The notes: generated from the sequence alone by a model not told the origin. Shown: positions 8,528-19,177, numbered from the stretch's first letter. The stretch: DNA of 64,000 nt from Candidatus Hadarchaeum sp. (GCF_038871235.1 NZ_JAVZIN010000004.1:20030-84029), one strand, 5' to 3'. Numbers and translations: made by a program.

Positions 8528-9451
8528 TCAGCCATTCTCCAGCACCGAAGCCACAATTATCGGTAGAATCACCGTGGTATCCCCAATCACAGTCACGGTT
8601 TTTGCGTTTTTTGAAATCTTGCCCCAAGATTTGGCTTCTTCAAGGGTGGCACCGCTCAGCCCGCCCGGCTCAGGCCGGTCCATTGTTATCTGAATCGCGT
8701 AGTCAAAGGACCGCGGCGTCAGAAGCATGCTCTGAAAAATGAAGTTCTTAGGTACTCCTCCGCCAAGTAGAACTGCTCCTGGTTTTTTTGCCTCGCTGGC
8801 CAATTCAAAAATTTCCTTGACATCCTTAAGTACGTCTATGGTCACTTCATGTTCTTGCGAGTAGAGCCAAGCCTGAAGTCCTAGTATGGAGTCAGCAATT
8901 GCGGGACAGAAAACCGGAACCCCTTTTTCCGCCGCAGCCTTTAGAAATGAGCTCTCATCGGTCAGCTTGAGTCCGATCCTGCGCAGTAGCTCCGCGGAAG
9001 AAATTCTTGAATCGCGTTGAAGGACGCTGGCAAAGATTGGTTGGATTTTCTCCTCGAAGATTTCAAAAGCACGTTGCGGCACGTAGACATCGTAAATGCG
9101 GCTTATTTTTTTGCTGCGCAGCGTAACATCATCGGCAAGTTCATTTCCCTGTACATGCCGTCCACCGAAGGCTTCGATCAAGTCGTGGGTGGCATTGGCC
9201 CCCGTCACCACCAATACGTTAACAAGGCCTTCCCTAATTGCCTTCACGAGAACATGCCTCAGGCCTCCCGGAATAACTGCTCCCCCAACCCCCATGAAAA
9301 TAGTGGATTTTTTTCTGAGCATTTCGCGGTAGATTTCCACGGCCTTTGCCACACGGCCCGCACTAAAAACGCCGCATTTTCCCATCTCTTCGACCAACTC
9401 TTTAACGCTGATCCCGGGCTCTAGCCGGATGTGCCTGACCCATCTCGTCAT
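8528..9451 (-). CDS. dys: Deoxyhypusine synthase
   Basis: 307 aa; conserved DHS blocks (VTGANATHD, GGGVPKNF, TMDRPEPGGLSGATLEEAKSWGKI). Confidence 0.85.
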   Translation of the reverse strand: MTRWVRHIRLEPGISVKELVEEMGKCGVFSAGRVAKAVEIYREMLRKKSTIFMGVGGAVIPGGLRHVLVKAIREGLVNVLVVTGANATHDLIEAFGGRHVQGNELADDVTLRSKKISRIYDVYVPQRAFEIFEEKIQPIFASVLQRDSRISSAELLRRIGLKLTDESSFLKAAAEKGVPVFCPAIADSILGLQAWLYSQEHEVTIDVLKDVKEIFELASEAKKPGAVLLGGGVPKNFIFQSMLLTPRSFDYAIQITMDRPEPGGLSGATLEEAKSWGKISKNAKTVTVIGDTTVILPIIVASVLENG

Positions 9452-9560
9452 CCTAACCGCTCCTAGAAAAGTTCAGTTTGCGTGGATTTAAATGGGCCAC
9501 TTGCCGTAGTCCAAGCGTTTTCAGAGGTTTTTTAAGTCTTGGTGCAAATTACTGGTCTGT

Positions 9561-9716
9561 GGGGCCGTGGTGTAGCTTGGCTAGCACTCCAGCACTGTCT
9601 GGGCTAAAAGCAGGCTCCAGTGGACCGTCGTGGGTCTGCTGACGTAAGGATGATGACCCATTGGAGCGGTGCGATGAGACCTGCGAACCCGGGTTCAAAT
9701 CCTGGCGGCCCCACCA
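9561..9716 (+). tRNA. tRNA-Trp(CCA) with a long intron after position 37 (9621-9678) and an additional ~21-nt insertion between D-stem and anticodon stem (9588-9609); CCA encoded
   Basis: Acceptor GGGGCCG/CGGCCCC, discriminator A, then CCA. D-arm GUGU-AGCUUGGCUA-GCAC. Anticodon stem GCAGG(9610-14)/CCUGC(9680-84) with loop C-U-CCA-G. T-arm CCGGG-TTCAAAT-CCTGG. TATA-like box at 9529-9536. Confidence 0.7.
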
Positions 9717-9772
9717 TAACTAATTTCTATCACCATCACCACAACAACTTTCTTAAGTAGCGGTAGGAATAT

Positions 9773-11050
9773 GTGTTGAGGCATATTATGGGAGCGAGAA
9801 TATCGAGCTTGAAGGCAAGAAAAATATTAGACAGCCGGGGTAATCCCACCATTGAGGTAGTGGTCGGTATCCGCGATAATGGGGGAGATTTGTTCTTTGG
9901 TAGGGCAGCGGCACCGAGCGGGGCGAGCAAGGGCAGGCTTGAAGCGGTGGACTTTCCCGTAGGCGGCGTAGACAAGGCGCTGGAAAAAGTCGTTGAAATT
10001 GCACCCAAGTTGTCTGGGATCGATGCCTTTGATCAGGTTAAGGTTGATGAAACTCTTCGCGAGCTTGATGGGACACCAAATTTGTCAGTTCTAGGTGGCA
10101 ATACTACCGTGGCCATTTCCATGGCAGTGGCCAAGGCGGCTGCTTCGGCCAGAAAAATGCCGCTTTATCAGCATCTTGGCGGAAATGGAGGGTTTGAGCT
10201 TCCCTATCCTCTGGGGAATGTCATTGGTGGAGGAAAACATGCGGGAGGATATGCCCCGGACATCCAGGAATACCTAGTAATAGCTACCGGGGCGAGAAAG
10301 ACTTCAGAGGCCATTTTTATCAATGCTAGAGTTCACAAGAAAGTTGGCGAAATGCTCAGCGAGGCAAATAGCTCATTTACTCGGGGAAAGAGTGACGAAG
10401 GCGCTTGGTCACCCAATATTTGTAATGAGGGCGCACTTGAGTTTTTGGCTAGGGCCTGTGAGCTGGTCAGCGACGAGACCGGCGTTGAGGTGAGGCCAGC
10501 GTTAGATGTTGCGGCGAGCAGCTTCTATGATAGCGAGAAAGATCTATATGTTTACAAGCGAGAGGCAGTGACACGAGATCGGGGAGAGCAGCTCGATTTT
10601 ATTCTCGGCTTGATTGAAAAGTTTAAGCTCTTTTTCGTTGAGGATCCCCTTCACGAGGGAGACTTTGAGGGATTCGCCGAGCTGACAAAAAAGGTTGGAA
10701 ATGAATGTCTCATCTGTGGCGATGACATTTTTGTAACCAACGTCGAAAGGATTGAGATCGGGATCAGGTCCAAGGCCGCTAACGCGATCATCATCAAACC
10801 AAACCAGATTGGGACGCTGACCGATACCTTTAAAGCGGTAGAGCTGGCAAGGCGAAATAAATACGTGCCGGTAATCTCTCACCGCTCTGGGGAAACCACG
10901 GATGAGACGATTGCCCACCTTGCAGTGGCGTGGCATTGTCCGATGATAAAAACGGGTGTGGTTGGCGGTGAGAGAATCGCTAAGCTTAATGAACTAATCC
11001 GCATAGAAGAAGAATTGGAAAATAAAGCAAGGATGAGTAGATTGAGATGA
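9773..11050 (+). CDS. eno: Enolase
   Basis: [12 protein letters not shown]..., [18 protein letters not shown] motifs; alternative start at ATG 9788. Confidence 0.9.
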   Translation: MLRHIMGARISSLKARKILDSRGNPTIEVVVGIRDNGGDLFFGRAAAPSGASKGRLEAVDFPVGGVDKALEKVVEIAPKLSGIDAFDQVKVDETLRELDGTPNLSVLGGNTTVAISMAVAKAAASARKMPLYQHLGGNGGFELPYPLGNVIGGGKHAGGYAPDIQEYLVIATGARKTSEAIFINARVHKKVGEMLSEANSSFTRGKSDEGAWSPNICNEGALEFLARACELVSDETGVEVRPALDVAASSFYDSEKDLYVYKREAVTRDRGEQLDFILGLIEKFKLFFVEDPLHEGDFEGFAELTKKVGNECLICGDDIFVTNVERIEIGIRSKAANAIIIKPNQIGTLTDTFKAVELARRNKYVPVISHRSGETTDETIAHLAVAWHCPMIKTGVVGGERIAKLNELIRIEEELENKARMSRLR

Positions 11051-11676
11051 ATGAGGCAGAATTTGGCGAGGGAGCGGCAGGTCTGATAGAATTTGATGTC
11101 TACCTGTCGAGCGGAGTGCACATAGGTACTAGGCAGAAGACCGGAGCCATGTCACCCTTCATCTTCCGGGCTAGGCCTGATGGACTTTATGTTTTGGATA
11201 TAAGGAAGACGGATGAGCGCATAGCCGTGGCTGGAAAGTTCTTGGCAAGATTTAACAAGTCCAAGATCGTTGTCGCTGCTGCGAGACAGTATGGACAGCG
11301 GCCGGCGCAGCGTTTTTGTGAGGTCACTGGAGCCATACCGATGATTGGGAGATTCATCCCGGGGACCTTCACCAACACCCACTATAAGGGATACATGGAA
11401 CCCGAGGTATTGGTCATTGCTGACCCGATAGCGGATGAACAGCCGCTTCGGGAAGCGGCTCAGGTGGGTATTCCCGTGGTGGGGCTTTGTGATACCGATA
11501 ACGAAACAGCGGACGTTGACTTGGTGATTCCTACCAATAACAAGGGACGCAAGGCGCTGGCGTTGGTTTTTTGGTTACTCGCCAGGCAGGTTCTCAGGGA
11601 GAGAGGTGAACTTTTACCAGACCAGCCGTTCGGAGTCCAGGTTGAGGAGTTCGAAACAAAGGCTGGCGGTGAATAG
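11047..11676 (+). CDS. rps2: 30S ribosomal protein S2 (uS2)
   Basis: [41 protein letters not shown] matches the archaeal S2 core; the eno-rps2 linkage is a conserved archaeal arrangement. Confidence 0.85.
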   Translation: MNEAEFGEGAAGLIEFDVYLSSGVHIGTRQKTGAMSPFIFRARPDGLYVLDIRKTDERIAVAGKFLARFNKSKIVVAAARQYGQRPAQRFCEVTGAIPMIGRFIPGTFTNTHYKGYMEPEVLVIADPIADEQPLREAAQVGIPVVGLCDTDNETADVDLVIPTNNKGRKALALVFWLLARQVLRERGELLPDQPFGVQVEEFETKAGGE

Positions 11677-12516
11677 TTGAGACCACCTGTGGTTGCAGGC
11701 CAGTTTTATGCAGGCACAAGATCGGAGCTGTTGAGGCAGATAGAGCAGTGTTATCTCAGCAGGTATGGGCCAGGTAAGCTGCCAAAGGTGGGTAAGAGGA
11801 TGATGAGAACGATAGGGCTGGTTTCTCCGCATGCGGGCTACATGTACTCAGGACCGGTTGCTGCTCACGGCTTTTTCCGAGTTGCCGCGGATGGTCTTCC
11901 TGCTAGTGTCATCATTTTGGGCCCAAATCACACCGGCGCCGGGTCCGGAGTTTCGATAATGACATCGGGAAAATGGAAAACCCCCTTGGGTGAGGTTCAA
12001 GTCGACGAGGATTTGAGTAACAGGATAAGGATCGCCTCGGATATCATCGATGACGACGCTGTGGCCCACGCTTACGAGCACTCAATTGAAGTGCAGCTAC
12101 CGTTTCTCCAGCATCTCTTTGGAGGCGAGTTCAAGATAGTTCCCATCTGTATGATGCTGCAAGATGAGAGGACAAGCTTGGAGGTTGGAGATGCGATAGC
12201 CGGGGCCGCTGCGGAAAAGGACGTTCTCATTATAGCTTCAACCGATTTCACTCACTATGAGCCGCAAAGGACGGCCGTGGAGAAGGACAGAAAGGTAATT
12301 GAAAAGATAATAGGGATGGACCCTCGTGGCGTGATTAGGACAGTGGATGAGGAAGGGATCACTATGTGTGGTTACGGTCCTGTGTCTGCGATGTTACAAG
12401 CCGCGAAAAAGCTTGGGGCGACAAAGGCGGAACTGCTCAAGTATGCCACCAGCGGCGATACGGCAGGTCCGATGGCCCAAGTGGTCGGATATGCTTCAAT
12501 CGCTGTCTCAAAGTGA
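11677..12516 (+). CDS. Memo-like protein (AmmeMemoRadiSam system protein B family)
   Basis: TTG start; RPPVVAGQFYAG... and His-rich Memo1-like blocks (SPHAGYMYSG, HTGAG, EHSIEVQLPF). Confidence 0.7.
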   Translation: MRPPVVAGQFYAGTRSELLRQIEQCYLSRYGPGKLPKVGKRMMRTIGLVSPHAGYMYSGPVAAHGFFRVAADGLPASVIILGPNHTGAGSGVSIMTSGKWKTPLGEVQVDEDLSNRIRIASDIIDDDAVAHAYEHSIEVQLPFLQHLFGGEFKIVPICMMLQDERTSLEVGDAIAGAAAEKDVLIIASTDFTHYEPQRTAVEKDRKVIEKIIGMDPRGVIRTVDEEGITMCGYGPVSAMLQAAKKLGATKAELLKYATSGDTAGPMAQVVGYASIAVSK

Positions 12517-12520
12517 TGCG

Positions 12521-13309
12521 ATGAAACTCTTGATTGTGAAATTAGGAGGAAGTGTGATCACAGATAAAAGAAAACCGTTCGCCATCAAGCATACCGTTGT
12601 CAAAAGGCTGGCAAAGGAGTTGAAAGGGGTTCCGGGGCCTCTTGTCATAGTGCATGGGGGCGGTTCCTTTGGACACCCTTTAGCTCTGAAGTACAGGATT
12701 GCTGATGGATATCGTGAAAAGGACCAGCTCATGGGAGTTTCTCTCACCCATCTGGCCATGGAAAAACTGAACAAATATTTGATCGAAGCCCTGCAGAAAG
12801 AAGGCATACCTGCGATTGCCTTTCAGCCCTCAGCCTGCGTTCTATCTTCTGATGGCCGGATTAAATCTATGGAGCTTGGGCCGCTGAGGAGGATATTGGC
12901 GCTGGGGCTGGTCCCCGTTCTCTATGGCGATGTGGTCTTTGATGTTAAAAAGGGCTTTAGCATACTTTCTGGGGATCAGCTGGTCTCCTATCTGGCGAGA
13001 AAGTTGGGTGCTACGCGGGTGGTGTTTGGAGTTGATGTTGATGGGGTTTACACGTCCTGTCCTAAAAGAAATGACCGGGCCGAGTTGTTGCGGGTGATAA
13101 CTCCATCTGACGTGAAGCTGGTGGCTTCTATGGAGAAAGATGAAACCGGCGACGTGACGGGGGGTATGCAGGCCAAGGTGCGGGAACTGCTCGAGCTGGC
13201 AAAATTTGGCGTAGAGGCGGAAATAGTAAATGCAGCCAGAGCCAATGTTCTTAAGGAAGCGCTTCGGGGTAAAAGAGGTCTGGGGACAATAGTAACTGGG
13301 GGTAAATAA
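12521..13309 (+). CDS. ipk: Isopentenyl phosphate kinase
   Basis: [16 protein letters not shown] amino-acid-kinase fold N-terminus, about 260 aa. The track ORF 12347..13309 carries a spurious 58-aa N-terminal extension that overlaps the Memo gene in another frame. Confidence 0.8.
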   Translation: MKLLIVKLGGSVITDKRKPFAIKHTVVKRLAKELKGVPGPLVIVHGGGSFGHPLALKYRIADGYREKDQLMGVSLTHLAMEKLNKYLIEALQKEGIPAIAFQPSACVLSSDGRIKSMELGPLRRILALGLVPVLYGDVVFDVKKGFSILSGDQLVSYLARKLGATRVVFGVDVDGVYTSCPKRNDRAELLRVITPSDVKLVASMEKDETGDVTGGMQAKVRELLELAKFGVEAEIVNAARANVLKEALRGKRGLGTIVTGGK

Positions 13310-13310
13310 A

Positions 13311-14393
13311 TTGGCAGATAAAACCAGCGGCAGGAAAGATGATCATATAAAAATATGTCTCAAAGAAGATGTTGAAAGCATCCTTAAAGACACGGGATTT
13401 AATGACGTAGAGTTGGTGCACAAAGCCTTGCCTGAGATGAATTTTGGTGATGTTGATCTCACGACTAGCTTTCTCGGTTTCAAACTCAGCGCCCCCATCA
13501 TGATTGCTTCGATGACTGGGGGGAGCGCGCAGGGGAAACGATTCAACACTATTCTAGCTTCCGCCGCTCAGGAGTTGGGTATAGGATTTGGGGTCGGCAG
13601 TCAGAGGGCAGCGATCGAGAACCCCAAATTGGCCGACACCTTTAAGGTGAGATCTGTGGCACCTGATGTTTTTCTGGTGGGCAACCTCGGGATGGCGCAG
13701 CTAGCCCAAGGCTATGGTGTCGCCGAAGCGCGAAGGGCAGTTGAGATGATCGATGCTGACGCGCTTTCCATCCACATGAATCCGTTACAGGAGTTGGTTC
13801 AGCCGGAAGGTGAACCCAGATATCGGGGCGCTTTGGAGAAGTTCTCCAAGGTCTGTGATAGTTTAGATGTTCCAGTTATTGCTAAAGAAACTGGCTGTGG
13901 AATAAGCGCTGAGGTGGCCAAGGAACTTGTCGAGGCCGGAGCTTCAGCCGTTGACGTCAGCGGCGCTGGAGGCACTTCGTGGGCGGGCGTGGAAGCTTTA
14001 AGGGCACCCTATGGTTCTGTTGTTGGGATAACCTTCTGGGATTGGGGCATACCCACCGTCGTTAGCACTGCGGAGGTTTGTATGGCGGTCAGCGTGCCGG
14101 TGATATCAAGCGGTGGCATCCGTTCGGGGCTCGATGCGGCAAAGGCTTTGGCGCTAGGCGCCGATCTGGTGGGAATTGCTTTACCAGTTCTTCGAGCCGC
14201 ACACGATGGTAAAAAAGCGGTCATTAGCTTTCTCAACGACTTCATGGCGGAACTCAGGGCGGCGATGTTTTTGACTGGGTGCAAACGAGTAGCAGACCTG
14301 CGCAGAGCCGGTTTAATAGTAACCGGAAGAACATGGGAGTGGCTCACAGCTCGCGGCTTCAGTCCGAAGAGATTGGGGAGGCGAAGACAATGA
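13311..14393 (+). CDS. fni: Isopentenyl-diphosphate delta-isomerase, type 2 (FMN-dependent)
   Basis: TTG start; [41 protein letters not shown] and [19 protein letters not shown] motifs. Confidence 0.9.
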   Translation: MADKTSGRKDDHIKICLKEDVESILKDTGFNDVELVHKALPEMNFGDVDLTTSFLGFKLSAPIMIASMTGGSAQGKRFNTILASAAQELGIGFGVGSQRAAIENPKLADTFKVRSVAPDVFLVGNLGMAQLAQGYGVAEARRAVEMIDADALSIHMNPLQELVQPEGEPRYRGALEKFSKVCDSLDVPVIAKETGCGISAEVAKELVEAGASAVDVSGAGGTSWAGVEALRAPYGSVVGITFWDWGIPTVVSTAEVCMAVSVPVISSGGIRSGLDAAKALALGADLVGIALPVLRAAHDGKKAVISFLNDFMAELRAAMFLTGCKRVADLRRAGLIVTGRTWEWLTARGFSPKRLGRRRQ

Positions 14394-15715
14394 GCGTTGA
14401 AGTGCTTCCCATCGGCGGTTTAGGTGAAGTGGGTAAAAACATGACGGCGCTGGGCTTCGATGGAAACTACATCATCGTTGATATGGGGATAAGACTGGAC
14501 AGCATCATGGCCTTTGAGGAGGCGGAGATAGGAAAGATGAGCCGGGAGGAGCTAATCAATATTAACGGCATCCCTGATGATAATATCCTCCACGGGCGAA
14601 AGGTTAAGGCAATTATCCTTACCCATGGTCATCTTGATCACATTGGTGCTGTGGGGAAGCTGGCCTATGCCTACAACGCCCCCATCTACGGAACCCCCTT
14701 CACGATTGAGTTGACCCGAAGACTATTGCGTGAGGAAAGCGGGGTCAAATTAAAGAACGAGCTCATCACAATTAATCCAGGGGACTCGATAAGAACCCAT
14801 GGAATTGATATTGAGTTCATTAACGCCACTCATAGCATCCTGCACACGGTCTTTGTTTTGGCTAAACGAGACGGTGACTCGGTGCTTTTTGCTAGCGATT
14901 TCAAGTTGGATGAACAACCTCTGCTGGGGGAGAAAACCGACTTAGCTAGGTTGAGACGTTTGGCCAGTGAAGGTCTCTTGGCTGCCTTGATTGGTGCGAT
15001 TAGACTGGATGAGCCGGGACCGACAAAATCAGAGGCGCATGCCCGCCAGATGCTAAAGGAGGTAATGGGTGAAGCTTGTTCCAATAATGGTCTAGTTATC
15101 GCCACGACCTTTTCCTCCCACATCGTCAGGTTGAAGTCCATTGTGGACCTTGCGTTTGATATTGGCCGCACCCCCGTTCTCGTTGGCCGTTCGCTACGGA
15201 ATTACTGCACAGCCGCGATGGATCTGGGCTTGGTGGACTTTCCTCCTGAGCTGAGCATTCACGGGCGTCCGAATGCGGTGTACAATTTGTTGAGGGAGAT
15301 AAACAAGTCCCGTTCTGATTATGTGCTTGTTTGTACGGGACACCAAGGGGAGCCCACTTCGGTGTTGTCAAAGATAGCGAACGGCCAGCTGCCTCTAGAT
15401 ATCCGTGATGGTGATGAGGTGATCTTTTCTGCCAGCGTTATACCTAATCCAATAAATGAATCCAATCGGGAGCTACTCGAGACTAAACTGATGGCAAAAG
15501 GGGCCCACATTTACCGTGGCGTGCACGTTTCTGGACATGCGGGCAGGGTGGATACTGCCGAGTTCATAGAGACGATTAAACCTGACCATTTGATCCCATG
15601 TCACAGCACCTTTGACAAGCTTCGATTGTTGTTTGAACTTGGCCGGGAACTTGGATATGATGACAACAGGCTGCACCAGCTCAGGAATGGTACTTCCCTA
15701 ATTTTGGGTGATTGA
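14390..15715 (+). CDS. Metallo-beta-lactamase/beta-CASP ribonuclease J-like protein
   Basis: [19 protein letters not shown]-terminus and HGHLDHIG motif; ATG overlaps the fni stop (ATGA); this MBL gene between idi and GGPPS is a recurrent feature of the archaeal isoprenoid operon. Confidence 0.75.
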   Translation: MSVEVLPIGGLGEVGKNMTALGFDGNYIIVDMGIRLDSIMAFEEAEIGKMSREELININGIPDDNILHGRKVKAIILTHGHLDHIGAVGKLAYAYNAPIYGTPFTIELTRRLLREESGVKLKNELITINPGDSIRTHGIDIEFINATHSILHTVFVLAKRDGDSVLFASDFKLDEQPLLGEKTDLARLRRLASEGLLAALIGAIRLDEPGPTKSEAHARQMLKEVMGEACSNNGLVIATTFSSHIVRLKSIVDLAFDIGRTPVLVGRSLRNYCTAAMDLGLVDFPPELSIHGRPNAVYNLLREINKSRSDYVLVCTGHQGEPTSVLSKIANGQLPLDIRDGDEVIFSASVIPNPINESNRELLETKLMAKGAHIYRGVHVSGHAGRVDTAEFIETIKPDHLIPCHSTFDKLRLLFELGRELGYDDNRLHQLRNGTSLILGD

Positions 15716-16715
15716 TGTGGATGTATTGAAGTATCTGGAAGAATGTGCGGCTTTGGTTGAGCCTGAGATCAATCGCTGGATACCAAGGGAGGTTCAGCCT
15801 GAGGTGTTGGTCAGGGCCATGCGACATTTGATTGAGGCCGGCGGAAAAAGGCTGCGCCCCTGTTTGACTATGACTGCCTGCGAAGCAGTTGGTGGTAAAA
15901 AGGAGGACGCAATCGAGACAGCCGCTGCTTTGGAGCTGTTTCACAACTTCACCCTGATTCACGATGATATCATGGATCACGATGAGTTCCGAAGGAACGT
16001 TAAAACCGTACATGTCATCTGGGGTGAGCCAATAGCGATAATCGCTGGGGATGCGTTGTTTGCTAAGGTTTTTGAAGCAGCAGCGGCAAATGCCAGCCGG
16101 CTTGGGATGAACTTGGAAAGAACGGTGGAACTGTTCAACACATTGAGCAGGGCGAGCTTTGAGCTATGTCAGGGACAGGTGCTTGACATGTTGTTTGAAA
16201 AACGTGATGACGTCACCGAAGAGGAATACATGCGGATGATCAGTGGCAAGACTGGGGCCCTTACTGAAGCGGCCACAAGGGTCGGTGCCCTGTTGGGAAA
16301 TGCCTCGAGAGAAAAAATTCAAGCGCTTTCCAGTTATGGTCGGCTGATTGGGGTGGCTTTTCAGATGCAGGATGATCTCTTGGGAGTCTTGGGTAAGCAG
16401 GAAAAGTTTGGAAAGCCCATAGGCAGCGATATAAGAGAAGGAAAGAGAACATTGATAATTGTAAAGGCCCTCACCTCAGCCCCGGAACGGGAAAAGAGAA
16501 TTTTATTGAAAGCTTTTGGAAAGAGCAATGCGACTAATGAGGAGATTCGTAAGGCGATAGAAGTTCTGAAAAAAGTTGGGGCCGTTGAGTATGTCGCCGA
16601 GAAAGCCCGCAAAATGGTTGCTAAAGCAAAAATGAAACTGAAAGTTCTGCCTGACTCAAAGGCTAAGGAGGCGTTACTTGGGATTGCTGATTTTGTTGTT
16701 GAACGGGAATTCTGA
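15708..16715 (+). CDS. idsA: Geranylgeranyl diphosphate synthase (polyprenyl synthetase)
   Basis: GTG start overlapping the upstream stop; first and second aspartate-rich motifs (LIHDDIMDHDEFRRN; FQMQDDLLG). Confidence 0.85.
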   Translation: MIDVDVLKYLEECAALVEPEINRWIPREVQPEVLVRAMRHLIEAGGKRLRPCLTMTACEAVGGKKEDAIETAAALELFHNFTLIHDDIMDHDEFRRNVKTVHVIWGEPIAIIAGDALFAKVFEAAAANASRLGMNLERTVELFNTLSRASFELCQGQVLDMLFEKRDDVTEEEYMRMISGKTGALTEAATRVGALLGNASREKIQALSSYGRLIGVAFQMQDDLLGVLGKQEKFGKPIGSDIREGKRTLIIVKALTSAPEREKRILLKAFGKSNATNEEIRKAIEVLKKVGAVEYVAEKARKMVAKAKMKLKVLPDSKAKEALLGIADFVVEREF

Positions 16716-16720
16716 TAGTT

Positions 16721-18451
16721 TTGGCCCAGATTTTTCCCAAGAAACCTAAAGGGGGTAAATTGGTGGAAGAAATTAAAAGGACAGTGCTGAGGTGGACATT
16801 AGCCAACGCGACCGAGCATGGGGGAAAGGCTAGCTCCAAAGCAGTCATGGGTAAGATACTTGCCGAATTGCCGGGCTGGAAGTCGAGAATCGTAGAACTC
16901 TCGATCCTTGTCGATCAAATTGTTGATGAGGTTAACAGAATGAGTCCTGAGGAACAACAGTTTCAGATAAAGAAGGTTGGCCTCCCTGAGAGAAAGTCGG
17001 AGGAGAGGCGTGGACTGCCGGATCTGCCTAGTTTACAAGAGTACAAGACAATTGTGACTAGGTTTGCCCCTAACCCCAATGGTCCCTTGCATATCGGGCA
17101 CATCAGGGCGGCACTTCTCAGTCACGAATATGCCCGGCGTTATCAAGGAAAGTTCATCCTGAGATTTGAGGATACTAACCCTGAAAACGCGATGCTGGAA
17201 ATGTATGAATTCATAAAGCGTGATTTGAGATGGCTGGGTCTCAACTGGGATGAGGAATACTATCAGTCAGATCGCGTTGAAATCTACTACCACCACGCCG
17301 AACAGCTTATTAAAAGTGAAAAAGCCTACGTGTGCGATTGCGATGTCGAGATTTTTAGAAAGCTTCGTGATTCAGGTCAGCCGTGTCCCTGCCGTGGTCT
17401 TTCCGCTTCCGAGAATTTAATTAGATGGCAAAAAATGCTTGCCGGCGGTTATACGGAGGGAGGAGCCGTTGTTCGAATAAAAACAGATTTAAAACACCCC
17501 AATCCAGCGGTTCGTGATTGGCCAGCGTTGCGAATCGTCAAAGCCCCTCACCCGAGGGTCGGTAAGAAATATCCTGTTTGGCCCCTCTATAATTTTTCCG
17601 CAGGGATAGATGATCACCTTATGGAAGTGACTCATGTTATCCGGGGCAAGGAGCATGAGGTAAATGAAGAGCGCCAGCGGATTATGTATGAACATTTTGG
17701 ATGGAGATATCCGACCGCGGTTCAGTACGGTCGACTGTCGATGCCCGGCGTCGAACTGAGCAAAACTCAGACGATGGAAATGATCAGAAGTGGTCGGTTG
17801 TCTGGTTTTGACGATGTTAGGCTTGCGACCATAGCCGCTCTGCGCAGACGCGGGTTTCTGTCGGCCGCCATAAGGCAGATGATTTTTGACATTGGACTTA
17901 CCCCTGTTGATGCCTCCTTGAGTTGGGAAACTCTTTATGCGTACAACAGGAAAATTCTGGATCCAATCGCCGGTCGTTATTTCTTTGTGGCAAATCCAGT
18001 TAAATTGCTTGTTCGTGGTGGACCTAAGTTGAAGGAAGCCAGATTGCGCTTGCACCCGGGCAAGCCGGAGATGGGGGAACGCGTGCTTCCGCTGAGTTTT
18101 GAAAATAGCAGCTTAGTTTTTTACATCTCTAGAAGTGACGCTTCTGTTTTAAAAGTTGGAGATACCTTTAGGCTGAAAGACCTGATGAACGTTAAGCTTG
18201 AGAGCATGGACTCGGTGTTTGGGGCATCATTTCACAGCTTGGAAGTTATGGACGTGCCAAAGTTCCAATGGGTTTCTGGAGGAGCCGTTGTCCTCGAGGT
18301 GATTAAGCCAGATGCATCGGTGGAAACCGGGCTTGCTGAGCCTTCCGTGGCAGCTCTGAAGGTCGGCGATATCGTTCAGCTGGAGAGGTATGGTTTCGTT
18401 AGAATTGACTCAACGATACCGAAATTGACTGCCATATATGCGCACAGATGA
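16721..18451 (+). CDS. gltX: Glutamyl-tRNA synthetase (archaeal type)
   Basis: HIGH motif in RFAPNPNGPLHIGHIRAA, class I GluRS/GlnRS-like architecture, 576 aa. Confidence 0.85.
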   Translation: MAQIFPKKPKGGKLVEEIKRTVLRWTLANATEHGGKASSKAVMGKILAELPGWKSRIVELSILVDQIVDEVNRMSPEEQQFQIKKVGLPERKSEERRGLPDLPSLQEYKTIVTRFAPNPNGPLHIGHIRAALLSHEYARRYQGKFILRFEDTNPENAMLEMYEFIKRDLRWLGLNWDEEYYQSDRVEIYYHHAEQLIKSEKAYVCDCDVEIFRKLRDSGQPCPCRGLSASENLIRWQKMLAGGYTEGGAVVRIKTDLKHPNPAVRDWPALRIVKAPHPRVGKKYPVWPLYNFSAGIDDHLMEVTHVIRGKEHEVNEERQRIMYEHFGWRYPTAVQYGRLSMPGVELSKTQTMEMIRSGRLSGFDDVRLATIAALRRRGFLSAAIRQMIFDIGLTPVDASLSWETLYAYNRKILDPIAGRYFFVANPVKLLVRGGPKLKEARLRLHPGKPEMGERVLPLSFENSSLVFYISRSDASVLKVGDTFRLKDLMNVKLESMDSVFGASFHSLEVMDVPKFQWVSGGAVVLEVIKPDASVETGLAEPSVAALKVGDIVQLERYGFVRIDSTIPKLTAIYAHR

Positions 18452-18548
18452 GTGTTGAGCTGGGTTTTGGTCCGCTAAATTTTAAAAATCGGGATACAAC
18501 ACTCTTTTAACGGCAGCCTGCATAATAAAAATTACCAAAAACCGTTGA

Positions 18549-18567
18549 ATGATGAGGTCTAAACTGA
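18549..18567 (+). promoter_or_regulatory. K-turn/K-loop element (box C-like AUGAUGA + box D-like CUGA) in the rpl7ae 5' leader, likely an L7Ae autoregulatory site
   Basis: AAUGAUGA at 18548-18555 and CUGA at 18564-18567, 8 nt apart, directly upstream of ribosome-binding site GAAGGAGGTG (18566-18575) and GTG start 18582. Confidence 0.5.
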
Positions 18568-18581
18568 AGGAGGTGTTTGGA

Positions 18582-18953
18582 GTGGCCAAACCGATATATG
18601 TGCGCTTCGAGGTCCCGAAGGAGCTGGCGGATAGAGTATATGGGGCGGTAGAGGTCGCAAGGGATACAGGGAAGCTCAGAAAAGGGACCAATGAAGTTAC
18701 TAAAGCCATAGAACGCAAGCAGGCAAAGCTAGTTGTGATAGCTGAGGATGTTGAGCCAGCTGAAATAGTGGCCCATCTCGTTCCACTTTCTGAGGAAAAA
18801 GGAATTCCATATGTATACGTTCCGAGCAAGCGGGAGCTGGGTGCCGCCGCCGGTCTGGAAGTTGGTTCATCGGCTGTTGCCATAGTCGATGCCGGACAGG
18901 CGGCAAATGCGGTGAAGGACATAATCGAGAGCATCAAACAGCTTAAGAAGTGA
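18582..18953 (+). CDS. rpl7ae: 50S ribosomal protein L7Ae (eL8)
   Basis: [58 protein letters not shown]...[16 protein letters not shown] nearly canonical L7Ae. The track start (ATGATG at 18549) lies inside the box C motif; GTG 18582 is preceded by a strong Shine-Dalgarno sequence. Confidence 0.9.
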   Translation: MAKPIYVRFEVPKELADRVYGAVEVARDTGKLRKGTNEVTKAIERKQAKLVVIAEDVEPAEIVAHLVPLSEEKGIPYVYVPSKRELGAAAGLEVGSSAVAIVDAGQAANAVKDIIESIKQLKK

Positions 18954-19177
18954 CGATAATGCCAGTCGAAGCAGACATGGGCTTTCCAGCAGAAGTTATC
19001 GAGATTCGTGCGCGTACCGGTGTCACCGGCGAAATAATGCAGGTTAGGTGCAGGGTGCTGGAAGGTCGTGATAAAGGCCGAATCATAACGAGGAATGTGA
19101 AGGGCCCGGTTAGAGTGGGCGACATTTTGATGCTTAGGGAAACGGAGCGCGAGGCCAAGGAGATAAGGGTGCCTTAG
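18950..19177 (+). CDS. rps28e: 30S ribosomal protein S28e
   Basis: [60 protein letters not shown] matches S28e. Confidence 0.9.
   Translation: MTIMPVEADMGFPAEVIEIRARTGVTGEIMQVRCRVLEGRDKGRIITRNVKGPVRVGDILMLRETEREAKEIRVP

Noticed and set aside
12347-12520. 58-aa N-terminal extension of the IPK ORF in the track (MRKGSLCVVTVLC...)
   Set aside because: It overlaps the 3' end of the Memo gene in another frame and the canonical IPK N-terminus [11 protein letters not shown] begins at ATG 12521; spurious extension
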